DNA of 64,000 nt from Dehalococcoidia bacterium (GCA_965207225.1 CBDBLV010000005.1:832001-896000); one strand, 5' to 3'; numbered from the stretch's first letter, positions 48,649 to 59,143 are shown. Notes: generated by a model from the letters alone, not told the origin. Translations and numbers: made by a program.

Positions 48649-48896
48649 CTCCGTCCTCCACTCACGGGAGGAATCAGGGCCACTTCGTCCCCGTCTCCCA
48701 GTGCATGATCCATTGGGACGTACTCGCCATTCACTGCCACCACCAGCCTTCCTCCACCTTCGAACAGGCCGGGATGAAGGTCGGACAGACGCTCCATCAG
48801 CGTAGCGGAAGTAGCCCCTTCCTCCAAGTAAATGGCCTCCTCCTTTAACCCGGCGCGTTCCCGGTATATGGCGAAGAATCGGGTGTTGACTCTCAG
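48645..48896 (-). CDS. moaD: Molybdopterin synthase sulfur carrier (CTG start; C-terminal GG-RS)
   Basis: Frame extends upstream to CTG-RVNTRFFAIYRERAG with a GGAGG RBS; AVNGEY...GDEVALIPPVSGG. Confidence 0.88.
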   Translation of the reverse strand: MRVNTRFFAIYRERAGLKEEAIYLEEGATSATLMERLSDLHPGLFEGGGRLVVAVNGEYVPMDHALGDGDEVALIPPVSGGRS

Positions 48897-49107
48897 GCCT
48901 CGCCTCCCCGGATACAGGATTAATCCGACTTCAAATTATAGCGAAGCGGCTGGGGAGTGTCTAACGGATGCTTTGTTATACTCTCTCTATGCAACCGTTG
49001 TGCATGGAGATGCTGGAGTAATGGCTGGAGAAGAGGTCAGGGCCCGTGTCATAGGACGTAGAGCGCACTGGGGACGAATCTCCCTCTGCCCGCATTAAGA
49101 ACCATAC

Positions 49108-50160
49108 TTGGCCAAACTAACTCCCCCTTCCACATCCGTACTGATCAAAATTAACCTGGTTTTTCTGGCACTCGCTGTCGGCGCCGGGGCCGGAACATTC
49201 AGTTACCTGGGCTTTACTGAAGTACGGCAGATCAATGAACTAATCGTCGAAGACAGGGAACGCTTGGCACAACTTGAAGCCGCCCCGACCGTTACCCCCC
49301 AGCCCTCCCCCTCCCCAATCCCAGATCCCACCCCGCAACCCACCTCCACACCCCAGCCCACCGCCACATCTCGTCCTTCTGCCACTCCCCAGCCTACTGC
49401 CACTCCCATAAGCTTTCCGCCCACCCCCACCCCCCAACCAACGGCTACCCCCATACCCCTACCGCCCACAGTCACCCCCATAAGCCTGCCCCCCACTCCC
49501 ACACCATCACCCTCATGGAATGATCTCTACACTCAGATCAGACGCTCGGTAGTCAAAGTGGAGACCGCAGGAGGCTTCGGTGCAGGGTGGGTGTACGAAG
49601 AAGGTTGGCTTCTTACCGCAGCCCATGTGGTCAAGGGATACAGGATGGTAACCATCCATTTTCAAGACGCGGACGGTGAGGAGCAATCGGAAATGGTGGA
49701 AGTGCTGGGCAGGGACCGGCTCCGGGACATTGCTGCCATAGAGTTCAAGGAACTAGACCTTCCGCCCATCACTGGTCGACGCGATGTCGAAGCTAGGGAC
49801 GGCGGAGAGCCGGTGTTTATCTTGGGTTTCTCATCCGACCCGCCGATAGGCTTCCCAAGCACGAGGTCCGGCATCCTCACTACCGTCTCCGAACTAGATT
49901 GGCTCGGGGACCTGAAAGCGATTGAGACCGACGCAGCCGTCGACCCGGGCGATTCGGGGGGTCCAATCCTGGATATAGATGGCAACGTCATAGGCGTAGC
50001 CCAAGCGACCGTAACAAGATCTGGTTCAACCAGGATACAAGGCAGACAGCTGGCCATCGGGGTTCGGGAGGTCGAAGCCGTGTGGGAGCGGCTAAAAAAT
50101 AATGAGCGCTTAAACCAAGATTCCGACTACTGGATACATCGCCGGTTTGAAGAGGACTAG
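49108..50160 (+). CDS. Membrane-anchored trypsin-like (S1C) serine protease with Pro/Thr linker
   Basis: TM segment, PTATP repeats, TAAHV, DIA, GDSGGP. Confidence 0.9.
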   Translation: MAKLTPPSTSVLIKINLVFLALAVGAGAGTFSYLGFTEVRQINELIVEDRERLAQLEAAPTVTPQPSPSPIPDPTPQPTSTPQPTATSRPSATPQPTATPISFPPTPTPQPTATPIPLPPTVTPISLPPTPTPSPSWNDLYTQIRRSVVKVETAGGFGAGWVYEEGWLLTAAHVVKGYRMVTIHFQDADGEEQSEMVEVLGRDRLRDIAAIEFKELDLPPITGRRDVEARDGGEPVFILGFSSDPPIGFPSTRSGILTTVSELDWLGDLKAIETDAAVDPGDSGGPILDIDGNVIGVAQATVTRSGSTRIQGRQLAIGVREVEAVWERLKNNERLNQDSDYWIHRRFEED

Positions 50161-50245
50161 AAGAGCTTGAATCTACGGCTGCTCCGCCTCTTATGCGCGG
50201 AGACTGCACCCCAACACCGGTGAAGTACCAGCTTATCTACTCCAG

Positions 50246-51385
50246 CTATTCCAACGTTCGGTCAATCACATATTGGTGCAACCGGTGGGTCAGTTGCTCA
50301 CGGTGGCTGTATCGCCCCCGACCCGCAAGCCGTGACTTCATCCCCCTGTGCGCCGATTCGCATACGGCCGTGTCCTCACTCATTATCTGTACCCGGGCTT
50401 CCTCCAGTTTCGCGGCGGCATCCGCAAAGGCTGGGTGATTCATCGCAGCCTCCGGGAAGCAGCTGCCCATCAATAGACGGCAGCGGTCGGGGCCCAGAGG
50501 CAGGGTGACGCCATAGTTCATGCCTACGGCGTTGTTTATGAGCACCATGTTGGGATAGATGATGACTATGACTAACTCCCGTGCCTGCTCGTCCGAAAGC
50601 GCGGGATTGGGAGGCAGTACCGACTCCCCGGAAAGAGTTTGCGCTTCCCCCGACTTCCGACCTAGCAGCATCTCCCAAGTCTCCTGACTCTCCTGCGGAG
50701 CGAAGGCTTGAGTCGGGAAATAGGGTGCTATCGAACGGGCATGGGCATAGTTGACGTGATATTCCTCGGCGGTATTGTCAACATAGATCTTCCAGTTACA
50801 GGCCAGATCGTATTGCTGCCGGTCATGCAGCTTCATATCTTTCATGTCGTAGGGCGCCAGACGGCTGGACAGACTCTCCAGCCGCTGATCGAACGGTTTG
50901 GCCCCTGGGTCCAGGTTCACGAAAATGAACCCCTCCCACTGGGCCAACTTCAAAGGCGGCAAACAGTAGAGCGATTTCTCGAAATCCCGTGTCCTCTCCA
51001 TGTCCGGCGCCCCGACCAGCTCTCCGGACAAAGAATATGTCCACCCGTGGTACGGGCACTGGAAAAACCGCGCGTTCCCTTCTCCCGACGCCACCAGCGT
51101 CGAGCGGTGACGGCACACCGGCGAGAAAGCGTGCATCTCCCCCGACTGGTCCAGTGAAACGCAGATGGGCGCCTCCGGCCAGTCAACAGTGAAGTAATCG
51201 CCCGGCTTCTGCAGCTGGTCAACCCGCCCGACACACAACCACTCCTTGAGGAAAATGTTCTCTATCTCCCGCTCATAGAACTCGGGCGAAGTAAAGAAAT
51301 AAGGTGGCGGTAAGGAAGAGTCGAGGACTGGAGCCCGCGTCAGTTCAAAATCGTTAGGGACAATCTGGCCTCGGGAGGAAGACAT
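50246..51385 (-). CDS. Rieske non-heme iron oxygenase alpha subunit
   Basis: CRHR...CPYHGW Rieske motif; NWK...EEYHVNYAH; ED. Confidence 0.92.
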   Translation of the reverse strand: MSSSRGQIVPNDFELTRAPVLDSSLPPPYFFTSPEFYEREIENIFLKEWLCVGRVDQLQKPGDYFTVDWPEAPICVSLDQSGEMHAFSPVCRHRSTLVASGEGNARFFQCPYHGWTYSLSGELVGAPDMERTRDFEKSLYCLPPLKLAQWEGFIFVNLDPGAKPFDQRLESLSSRLAPYDMKDMKLHDRQQYDLACNWKIYVDNTAEEYHVNYAHARSIAPYFPTQAFAPQESQETWEMLLGRKSGEAQTLSGESVLPPNPALSDEQARELVIVIIYPNMVLINNAVGMNYGVTLPLGPDRCRLLMGSCFPEAAMNHPAFADAAAKLEEARVQIMSEDTAVCESAHRGMKSRLAGRGRYSHREQLTHRLHQYVIDRTLE

Positions 51386-51407
51386 GGCAGTGTGTCGGGG
51401 GTTTTGC

Positions 51408-52526
51408 TCAGTCTAGGCTGAACCCGTACAACTTCGCGGCATTCCCCCCGACTATCTTCCGCATCTCCCCCTCCGGTAGATCAGCGAAGGTGCGGGTAAT
51501 GACCTCTCGGGAGTGAGGAAACGTACCCTCGTCGTGGGGATAGTCGCTGCCCCACATCAAACAGTCGACCCCCGTCACGTCCCGGTTCCTCAGTCCAATC
51601 ACGTCGTCCCCGAAGGTCACGTATCCTTGCCTCTTCCAGTACTCACTGGGCTTCATTGTCAGCTTTGGCTCGTGCCACATGTGCCGCTTTTCGTATAACT
51701 CATCGAGCACCAGCAGGTACCAGGCAAGCCATCCAATGCCGCATTCTACGAGGACGAAGTTGAGGTCGGGGTGGCGTTCCAGGACGCCGGCGGCAGTTAG
51801 CATGGTCATGGGGCTCATGCCTTCGGTCATCCCCAGCCCGATGTAAATCATGTCTGCCCCGTAGGAATGGACTTCACCACGGTCTTCCGGAATCTGATTC
51901 CCTGCCCGGGTGAAGACATGAAAACTCAGAGGCACTTTCAGTTCGTCCATGGCGTCCCAGAAGGGTTCGTAGTCGGGTCTGTTGTAGGGTAGGTCTGGCA
52001 TTCCGACTGGCAGTGAAAAGGACCGGTATCCGAGCTTCGATGTCCTCTTCGCCTCCGTTATGGCCTCCTCGATGTCCGCCATTGGGATGCACGCAGACGG
52101 GACGAACCTGTCCATGTTTCCGGTGAAGGTTTCGTGGTACCAGTCGTTATACATGGCGCAGAATCCGGTCTGGTAGCCGGGATCGGGCGCAGTTAGGGCG
52201 CTGAAAATAGCTTGGGGATAGATGACCTCTGCACTCACACCGTCTTCCTCGAGGTCTGCAATCCTCAGCGGGATGTCGGTCCCCGAAGCTCGACCACTTC
52301 GCTCTCCCCGTTCATCCCTGAACTCCCTGCGCTTGTCCTCCTCAGTCAACCGGGAGGCGGCTACGTCCAGCCTGATGGGCCGCTGACCTTCCTGAACAAG
52401 GTAGGATGCGCCATTTCGTTTCTCCACGCGAGGGGCTCGGGCTCGCAGGTCGGCTGGTAGCCTTTCGAAAATATCGTCCGGCTCCATTGCATGGGAATCC
52501 GCCGATATGATCTTCATTTCCGACAT
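51408..52526 (-). CDS. Amidohydrolase family protein
   Basis: ISADSH, SFH, ECGIGW, WGSDYPH. Confidence 0.9.
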   Translation of the reverse strand: MSEMKIISADSHAMEPDDIFERLPADLRARAPRVEKRNGASYLVQEGQRPIRLDVAASRLTEEDKRREFRDERGERSGRASGTDIPLRIADLEEDGVSAEVIYPQAIFSALTAPDPGYQTGFCAMYNDWYHETFTGNMDRFVPSACIPMADIEEAITEAKRTSKLGYRSFSLPVGMPDLPYNRPDYEPFWDAMDELKVPLSFHVFTRAGNQIPEDRGEVHSYGADMIYIGLGMTEGMSPMTMLTAAGVLERHPDLNFVLVECGIGWLAWYLLVLDELYEKRHMWHEPKLTMKPSEYWKRQGYVTFGDDVIGLRNRDVTGVDCLMWGSDYPHDEGTFPHSREVITRTFADLPEGEMRKIVGGNAAKLYGFSLD

Positions 52527-52662
52527 GAAGCATCCTCCTTCATTGCCTTGCTGATTAAGGAAAGTATCTCACATGGGTGCTATGCCCGATACAGGAGCCG
52601 TCCCCTCGTTCCTGTACAATGCCTTTCGATTCCACGAAGGCCTGAAAACTAAAGGCGCAACC

Positions 52663-53781
52663 ATGAAGGTAGAACGGATAGGAGAGTCGGGGGCGCTGTC
52701 CCAGAAGACACGGGCCGGGGCCTGGATTTTCGTATCTGGGCAAAGGCCCAAGTCCGAAAATGGGTCCACCCTCGGATTAGGTGACTTCGAAGCCCAGGCA
52801 GATGCTGCCCTCGAGTCCCTCGCCCAGACCCTCAACCAGGCCGGCGCCACTCTCTCCGATGTCGTGAAACTCACTGCTTACGTGGTAAGGCCGCGGGATA
52901 TCGATAGGTTCTCCGACGTCTGCGTCCGCACCTTCCCCACCCAGCCCCCCACCGGGACTACAGTAGCAGTGTCCTCCCTTCAGGACCCCGACGCCCTGAT
53001 CGAAATCGAAGCCTCTGCTTACCTCAAATCTGAGAGCAACAAGTCCATCGCCTGGTCACATTTCCGCACTGGTCCCTTCTCTGAGAGGGTCAGGTGCGGG
53101 AACACTATTCTCATTTCCGGCCAAACGGCTAGGACGCCCTCAGCGGACTTCGCCACCCAGCTTTACAGTGTGTATGACAAGATCAACGAGGGCCTGGCCC
53201 GTTTAGGTGCCGAGCAGAAACACCTCGTCAAGATTAACTACTTTATCGCCAACCCCCTCTACTACCGCCAGCTCTACCGCATCCGCGAAGAGGTTTTCAA
53301 ATTGGACTGGCCCGGCGACTCCGTAATCTCCGTCCGGGCCCTGGACGAGCCTGGTGTATTGGTTGAATGCGACGCCGTGGCCCTCGCCCCGACCTCAAAA
53401 GCCGAATTCGTCAACTCCCCCGACCTTCCCCCTCCCTTCAACTTTAGTAACGTTGTAGTCGCCGATGGTCTTGCCTACGTGTCTGGTCAGGTGGCTCGGG
53501 ACAAACACAAGAACTTGGTGTTGCCCGGAGACTTCGGGGCGCAGTTCAGGCAGGCGCTTGGTAACATCGAGATAGCCCTCAACTCCATCGGGTGCTCGCT
53601 CGATGAAGCGGTCAAGCTCTCTTGCTTCATCAGCCATCCCGCCTACTTCGAAGAGTCGTTGGCGATAAGAAGGGAGGTGTTCGGGGTGAGAGCGCCTGCG
53701 GTCACCACCGTGTCCGTAGACAGCATGGGCGGCTTCCCGGAGGCCCTCTGCGAAGTAGACGCCATCGCCGCTATTCCCTGA
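52663..53781 (+). CDS. Triple-domain Rid (YjgF) protein
   Basis: Three repeats of the SGQ...VK...E.(D/E)A.A Rid module. Confidence 0.85.
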   Translation: MKVERIGESGALSQKTRAGAWIFVSGQRPKSENGSTLGLGDFEAQADAALESLAQTLNQAGATLSDVVKLTAYVVRPRDIDRFSDVCVRTFPTQPPTGTTVAVSSLQDPDALIEIEASAYLKSESNKSIAWSHFRTGPFSERVRCGNTILISGQTARTPSADFATQLYSVYDKINEGLARLGAEQKHLVKINYFIANPLYYRQLYRIREEVFKLDWPGDSVISVRALDEPGVLVECDAVALAPTSKAEFVNSPDLPPPFNFSNVVVADGLAYVSGQVARDKHKNLVLPGDFGAQFRQALGNIEIALNSIGCSLDEAVKLSCFISHPAYFEESLAIRREVFGVRAPAVTTVSVDSMGGFPEALCEVDAIAAIP

Positions 53782-53812
53782 TCACACAGTGTAAGAGACA
53801 CAGTCTGCCATT

Positions 53813-55276
53813 ATGGACTGGATAACCCGGTACAACAGAAGCGTCGTATCCCCCGAAGAGGCCGTCGAAATCGTGAAGCCCGGCGCCCGGGTCATGCTCG
53901 ACCCCAGCGTCACCAACGACATCCCCAATGCTCTTGCCGCCCGAGGCGGTGAACTGTCTGACGTCAGGATAATGTTCCAGGGCCCCTTTGAGGAGCAGGA
54001 CTGGCTTAAGGAAGGATACGAAGGTGGCTTCGACCTCGTTGGACAGTTCTATCTCGGGGCGTTCTCCCGACCAGTTCACGACAGAAGGCGGATGGACTAC
54101 TACCCCATGATCATGTCCCACCAGTTTAAGCCCTACGTCGAGAGGAGAGAGCCCCAATTTGAGGCGGACGTGGCCATCATCCACGTCTCAACGCCCGACG
54201 AACTGGGCTACTGCAGCTTCGGCGCAGGCATCTGGGACTGCCGTAGATGGGCCCAGACAGCAGAGAAAGTCATTGCCCAGCACGACCCCACCTTCATCCG
54301 AACCTACGGCGACAACTACATCCACTTGTCGAATATCGACAGATCGGTGCATTACACGCCCGTTGAAATAACCGTAGAAGAGGCGATGGCAATCATAGAA
54401 GGGGTAGAGGACGCCGAAGTTAAGGCGGCGATGTTGAGATTCCTGCCTGATATGTCGGGAGTGGAGCGAGAGAAATGGGCCCCCTACCTTTGCAGCAAGA
54501 GCATCGCGGAAGTGCATGCCATAGCCCAGGACTTGGGCTGGGGAGACCCTCCGGAGGAGGACAAACCTTTCGCAGACTACGTTGCGGAGCTGGTACCCGA
54601 TGGGAGCACCATACAGATAGGCGTCGGCACCCCGGGCCGCTACCTGCCCAGGCTCGGCGCATTTGACTCGAAGAAGGATCTGGGCTGGCATTCGGAAATG
54701 GCATGCCCAGGAGTATTGGATCTGGTAAAGACAGGCATCATCAACGGCAGCCACAAGACCATTCACAGGGATAAACTCATCGGCACCAGCGTACACGGCT
54801 CCAGTCCCAGTGAGATACAGTGGGCCCACATGAACCCATTGATAGAACTCTACGACGCCGAGTACGTCATCAATGTCCACACCGTGGCCGCCCACGACAA
54901 CTACCGGGCCATCAACAACGCCATCAGCGTGGACCTGACAGGCCAGATTAACTCGGAGACCATCGGCACCCGACTTTGGAACGGAACTGGCGGACAGACC
55001 GAGCTGCACCTGGGTGCCGTTCTATCGAAAGGTGGTATGGCGATCACGTTGTTGCGGTCTACGGCGTTAGGGGGTGAGGTGTCACGGATAGTCCCCCAGC
55101 TTCCGGAAGGCGGCGTTGTTACTATCCCCCGCACTTTCGCCGACACCGTTGTAACGGAATTCGGCATCGCGAGGCTCCTTGGCAAGTCCCAGAGGGAACG
55201 CGCAGAAGAGATGATCTCCGTTGCCCACCCCGACTTCCGAACTGACCTCCATAAAGCAGCTCAAGGGCTCTTCTAG
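53813..55276 (+). CDS. Acetyl-CoA hydrolase/4-hydroxybutyrate CoA-transferase family
   Basis: DGSTIQIGVG, HSEM, INNAISVDLTGQ, GTGGQ, VVTEFGIA, AHPDFR. Confidence 0.9.
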   Translation: MDWITRYNRSVVSPEEAVEIVKPGARVMLDPSVTNDIPNALAARGGELSDVRIMFQGPFEEQDWLKEGYEGGFDLVGQFYLGAFSRPVHDRRRMDYYPMIMSHQFKPYVERREPQFEADVAIIHVSTPDELGYCSFGAGIWDCRRWAQTAEKVIAQHDPTFIRTYGDNYIHLSNIDRSVHYTPVEITVEEAMAIIEGVEDAEVKAAMLRFLPDMSGVEREKWAPYLCSKSIAEVHAIAQDLGWGDPPEEDKPFADYVAELVPDGSTIQIGVGTPGRYLPRLGAFDSKKDLGWHSEMACPGVLDLVKTGIINGSHKTIHRDKLIGTSVHGSSPSEIQWAHMNPLIELYDAEYVINVHTVAAHDNYRAINNAISVDLTGQINSETIGTRLWNGTGGQTELHLGAVLSKGGMAITLLRSTALGGEVSRIVPQLPEGGVVTIPRTFADTVVTEFGIARLLGKSQRERAEEMISVAHPDFRTDLHKAAQGLF

Positions 55277-55324
55277 CCGTGACCCGCTTGCCTGCTCCGC
55301 TATCTATAAAAGAGACGGCCTACT

Positions 55325-55354
55325 TTGACAATAAGACCGCCCTTGCAGTAAAAT
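55325..55354 (+). promoter_or_regulatory. Sigma70 promoter of rplU-rpmA-rpmE
   Basis: TTGACA-18 nt-TAAAAT just upstream of in-frame GTG 55363 / ATG 55372. Confidence 0.7.
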
Positions 55355-55371
55355 GGCCGTTCGTGAGCGCA

Positions 55372-55743
55372 ATGAAGGACTACGCAATCTTCCAGTCCGG
55401 TAGCCGGCAGTACAGGGCATCCGTCGGGGACACCCTCGTTCTGGACAAGTTGCCTGTCGAACCTGGCAGCCCCGTAGAATTTGACCAGGTTCTTCTCGTC
55501 TCCAAGAAGGGAGACGTCAGGATCGGCGCCCCAACCCTGTCCGGCGCCAAGGTCAAAGCCCGAGTCTTGGAACAGGGCCGAGACAAAAAAGTAATCGTAT
55601 TCAAGTACAAGTCGAAAATCCGCTACCGCAGGAAGACCGGCCACCGGCAGGACCACACCAAGGTTGCGATTGAAGGAATTAACGTCGGTCGGGCCCGGAA
55701 GTCCAGGGCAAAACAATCAACGAAGAGTGAAGGCGAAGACTGA
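55372..55743 (+). CDS. rplU: 50S ribosomal protein L21
   Basis: [11 protein letters not shown]...KVIVFKYK...GHRQ. Confidence 0.96.
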   Translation: MKDYAIFQSGSRQYRASVGDTLVLDKLPVEPGSPVEFDQVLLVSKKGDVRIGAPTLSGAKVKARVLEQGRDKKVIVFKYKSKIRYRRKTGHRQDHTKVAIEGINVGRARKSRAKQSTKSEGED

Positions 55744-55997
55744 TGGCTCATAAGAAGGGCGGCGGCAGCAGCAGAAACGGCCGAGACAGCCAGGGCCAGA
55801 GGCTCGGGGTGAAGAGATACGGCGGGGAGCTGGTCACGGCGGGATCGATCATCGTGCGACAACGGGGAACTAGGATACACCCGGGAGACAACGTGGGTGT
55901 CGGGAGAGACCATACTCTATTCGCATTGACCGACGGCCGGGTGGAGTTCCAGCGACACTCCAAGTACCGCAAGAAGGTAAGCATAGCCCCTGCATAA
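55743..55997 (+). CDS. rpmA: 50S ribosomal protein L27
   Basis: [16 protein letters not shown]...RQRGT. Confidence 0.98.
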   Translation: MAHKKGGGSSRNGRDSQGQRLGVKRYGGELVTAGSIIVRQRGTRIHPGDNVGVGRDHTLFALTDGRVEFQRHSKYRKKVSIAPA

Positions 55998-56009
55998 CCA
56001 GGCCAGACC

Positions 56010-56213
56010 ATGAAGACGGAAATACACCCGACCTACCAGCGCTGCACTGTCACCTGCGGAAGTTGTGGCACCACCTTCGAAACAGGCTCCACCCTCCCCG
56101 AGATCCGACTGGAGCTCTGCAGCAAGTGCCACCCCTTCTTCACCGGCCAGCAGAGGATCGTGGACAGCGGCGGAAGGGTCGAGCAATTCAAGAGAAGGTA
56201 CGGCATCAAGTAA
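56010..56213 (+). CDS. rpmE: 50S ribosomal protein L31 (Zn-binding form)
   Basis: MKTEIHP..CGSCG...[10 protein letters not shown]. Confidence 0.97.
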   Translation: MKTEIHPTYQRCTVTCGSCGTTFETGSTLPEIRLELCSKCHPFFTGQQRIVDSGGRVEQFKRRYGIK

Positions 56214-56277
56214 AATTGGTTCTGACCGGTCACCTGAGGGAGCTTGTGTGCTCCCTCTTTTGATTTAAGGAGAAACC

Positions 56278-57204
56278 TTGGCAAAACGGGTCCCCTACGG
56301 CGGCCAGGCCGTCATTGAAGGGGTGATGATACGGGGCAGGAACAACATCGCCATCGCCGTGCGCCGCCCCGACAACGAGATCCAGCTCAAGACCGACCCC
56401 ATCCAGGGCCTCTTCACCGGTACGCTCAAAAAGGTGCCCTTGGTTAGAGGATTCATCACCTTGCTGGAGGTGATGGTCATCGGCACCCGGGCACTGATGT
56501 ACTCGGCCCAGGTGGCTATCGACGAAGCCGAAGACGAGGATGGAAAGAAAGTCGAAGCAGGCTCGGAGACTGGCTTCATGCTGTGGGCTACCATGCTCGT
56601 CGGGCTGGCCTTCGGGATTGCTGTGTTCTTCGTCGGGCCTGTCTTCCTCAACGAGTGGCTGGATGACCGAATAAGCTCGGCGGCGGTGCTGAACGTCATC
56701 GAGGGAGCGGTCAGGCTGGGGTTGTTCCTCGGATATATCATCCTGATAGGCAGGATGAAGGATATCCAGAGAGTGTTCGCCTACCACGGGGCAGAACACA
56801 TGTCGATCCACGCGATGGAGCACGAGGAGGACCTCACCGTAGACAACGTGCGAAAGTACACTACCCTCCACCCGAGATGCGGTACGGCCTTCCTGCTGCT
56901 CGTCGTCCTGATTGCCATTCTAGTGTTCCTGGCCCTCGGACACCCGCCGCTGTGGATCAGGATCGTGTCCCGGATTGCCCTGCTGCCCGTGATAGCCGGC
57001 ATCTCCTACGAGGTGCTCAGGATTCATGGTCGGTATGCGGGCAACCGGCTGTTGAAGGTGCTCCTGGGTCCCGGGCTGCTGCTCCAAATGTTGACGACTC
57101 GGAGACCAGATGACGACCAGATAGAGGTAGCCATCGCCGCCCTCAATGGCGCCATCGCCGCCGACGAGGCTGAAGTCGCTCCCACTCCCGCTCCCGCCTC
57201 CTGA
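56278..57204 (+). CDS. DUF1385 membrane protein
   Basis: GGQAVIEGVM, YHGAEH, HPRCGTAF; usual position after rpmE. Confidence 0.92.
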   Translation: MAKRVPYGGQAVIEGVMIRGRNNIAIAVRRPDNEIQLKTDPIQGLFTGTLKKVPLVRGFITLLEVMVIGTRALMYSAQVAIDEAEDEDGKKVEAGSETGFMLWATMLVGLAFGIAVFFVGPVFLNEWLDDRISSAAVLNVIEGAVRLGLFLGYIILIGRMKDIQRVFAYHGAEHMSIHAMEHEEDLTVDNVRKYTTLHPRCGTAFLLLVVLIAILVFLALGHPPLWIRIVSRIALLPVIAGISYEVLRIHGRYAGNRLLKVLLGPGLLLQMLTTRRPDDDQIEVAIAALNGAIAADEAEVAPTPAPAS

Positions 57205-57260
57205 TCCACCGGCCGAGACTGCCCACTCCCTATATCACATCGCCCTATTACCCTGGCGCC

Positions 57261-57869
57261 CTAAGCCCATCCGTCATAGGCCACCACCTCAGAGAGGGGT
57301 TTGCGCTGGGTTGGACCAAAGCGACCCTTCGGGTACCCCAGTGGAATGCAGTAGACCACCTGGGCCTCAGCCGGCATGTTGAAGAGCTCGTGCACCCGAT
57401 CGTCTACGTCCGGATGAAGGGTCGTAAGAACCCCACCGATCCCCTGCCCCCTTGCCGCGAGCAGTAAGTTCTGCGCTGCAGGTATCACCGAGGCCATAGA
57501 CCCCACATCCCGGGAAGTGGCACAGACCAGCACGATGACGGGGGCGTTCCCAATCTCGTCGGCCAGCCTTCTGGCCGACTGGATGGTGCCCTTGCCGGGT
57601 GTGATATCTTTCGGAAAGATGCCTTGGTCCCGGCGCTTGGCCCACCACGCCTCGTGGTAGAGCTTGGCGAATTTCTCCTTCAGGCCCTCGTCCCGGATGA
57701 CAATGAAGCGCCAGGGCTGCAGGTTGGAGCCATTCGGCGCCTTGGTTGCGGCCTCCAGGGCGATATGGATGTCTTCGTCGGGGATCGGATCGGGCCTGAA
57801 GCGCCTTATGGCCCTCTGGGAGAACATCGCCTCGCCGAGGGACATGGTTAGCTTCTCTTCGCTGTTCAC
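57261..57869 (-). CDS. Nitroreductase family protein
   Basis: QRAIRRF, APNGSNLQPWRF, QNLLLAAR, LGYP; GTG start with AGGAGG. Confidence 0.9.
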   Translation of the reverse strand: MNSEEKLTMSLGEAMFSQRAIRRFRPDPIPDEDIHIALEAATKAPNGSNLQPWRFIVIRDEGLKEKFAKLYHEAWWAKRRDQGIFPKDITPGKGTIQSARRLADEIGNAPVIVLVCATSRDVGSMASVIPAAQNLLLAARGQGIGGVLTTLHPDVDDRVHELFNMPAEAQVVYCIPLGYPKGRFGPTQRKPLSEVVAYDGWA

Positions 57870-58002
57870 TGGATACCTCCTTGAGAGCACGCAGTAAATC
57901 TTGCCGGTGGTCTGCCATGGGCATTCTACTCAATTTCCTGGTGTGGGGGATGGGGCGTGTACAATACGGAGCACTAACGACCCAGAAACCGGAGCTCTAT
58001 AC

Positions 58003-59070
58003 ATGCCAATACTGACCGCCCAACAACTAAGGGACGTAGTCTACGAAATACTAGTTACCGCAGGGGCCACAGAGGATACGGCCGACACCGTTGCCGTCCA
58101 CCTCGCCGATGCCAACCTTACCGGCCACGACTCCCACGGCCTGATCCGAATCCCCGACTATGTTCAGAGAATAGAGGAGGGCCGCGTAGACCCTCAGGCC
58201 GAGCCAGCAATCGCCTACGAGCATAAGGCTGTCGCAAGCGTAGATGGACACGGTGTATTCGGCCAGGTCGGAGCGAAGTTCGCAACGGAGACGGCCATAC
58301 GCCTCGCCCGGGAGTACGGGATAGGCATGGTGACTATGTTCAATATCGCTCACTCAGGGCGATTCGGAACGTACCCGGAAATGGCAGCAAGACAGGGCAT
58401 GGCTGCCATCATGTTTGGCGGCAACCAGCTGGACAACGACTACGGGGTAGCCCCCTACGGCGGAACCAAAGGCCGTCTGGGGACAAACCCCTTTTCAATG
58501 GCGTTTCCCCACTCGGACGGTCGGGTGATTCTGCTGGACTTCGCAACTTCCGAGACGGCGGTGGGCAAGGTCAGGGTCTACCAGGCCAGGTCACAATCAC
58601 TGCCTGGCGAATGGCTATTGGACTCCGAGGGTAGGCCCAGCAGCGACCCCGAAGACTACTTCAACAATGGGACTATACTGCCCCTGGGCGGTTTGAGCAC
58701 CGGGCACAAAGGTTTCGCCCTGAGCATGTTCATGTTCCTCCTGGGAAGGACCCTCGGCCAGGACTCTCCAATCTCGTTTGAGGGGCAAGGACGATCCGTA
58801 GGGGACTCAACAATCATCGTCATTGACGTAAGCCGACTGAGAGAAGGTGACGGGCTAGCCAAGGACGTGGAATCGGTAATCGACTACACCAAGGACACGC
58901 CACTGATGTCGGGGTTCGATGAAATTCTTTACCCGGGCGAGAAAGAGGCGCGTATACGTAAGGAAAGACAAACAAACGGAGTCGAGGTGGAGGACGCCAC
59001 CTGGGCGCGGGTGCGCGCCACCATCGACCGGCTGGATATTGCGGACAAGCTGCCCGGCGTACCGGGCTAA
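58003..59070 (+). CDS. Ldh_2 family (malate/L-lactate/sulfolactate dehydrogenase-like)
   Basis: GHDSHG, HSGR, GTNP, DFATS, GHKG, YPGE. Confidence 0.9.
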   Translation: MPILTAQQLRDVVYEILVTAGATEDTADTVAVHLADANLTGHDSHGLIRIPDYVQRIEEGRVDPQAEPAIAYEHKAVASVDGHGVFGQVGAKFATETAIRLAREYGIGMVTMFNIAHSGRFGTYPEMAARQGMAAIMFGGNQLDNDYGVAPYGGTKGRLGTNPFSMAFPHSDGRVILLDFATSETAVGKVRVYQARSQSLPGEWLLDSEGRPSSDPEDYFNNGTILPLGGLSTGHKGFALSMFMFLLGRTLGQDSPISFEGQGRSVGDSTIIVIDVSRLREGDGLAKDVESVIDYTKDTPLMSGFDEILYPGEKEARIRKERQTNGVEVEDATWARVRATIDRLDIADKLPGVPG

Positions 59071-59143
59071 TCGACACCCCGAGGATTGTTCCAGTTTGTA
59101 GACTGGCGACCACCTAGACGCGTTCGCGTATCGGAGGGCAACT

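Noticed and set aside
49285-49512. Repetitive C-rich tract as a DNA repeat element
   Set aside because: Encodes the Pro/Thr linker of the serine protease
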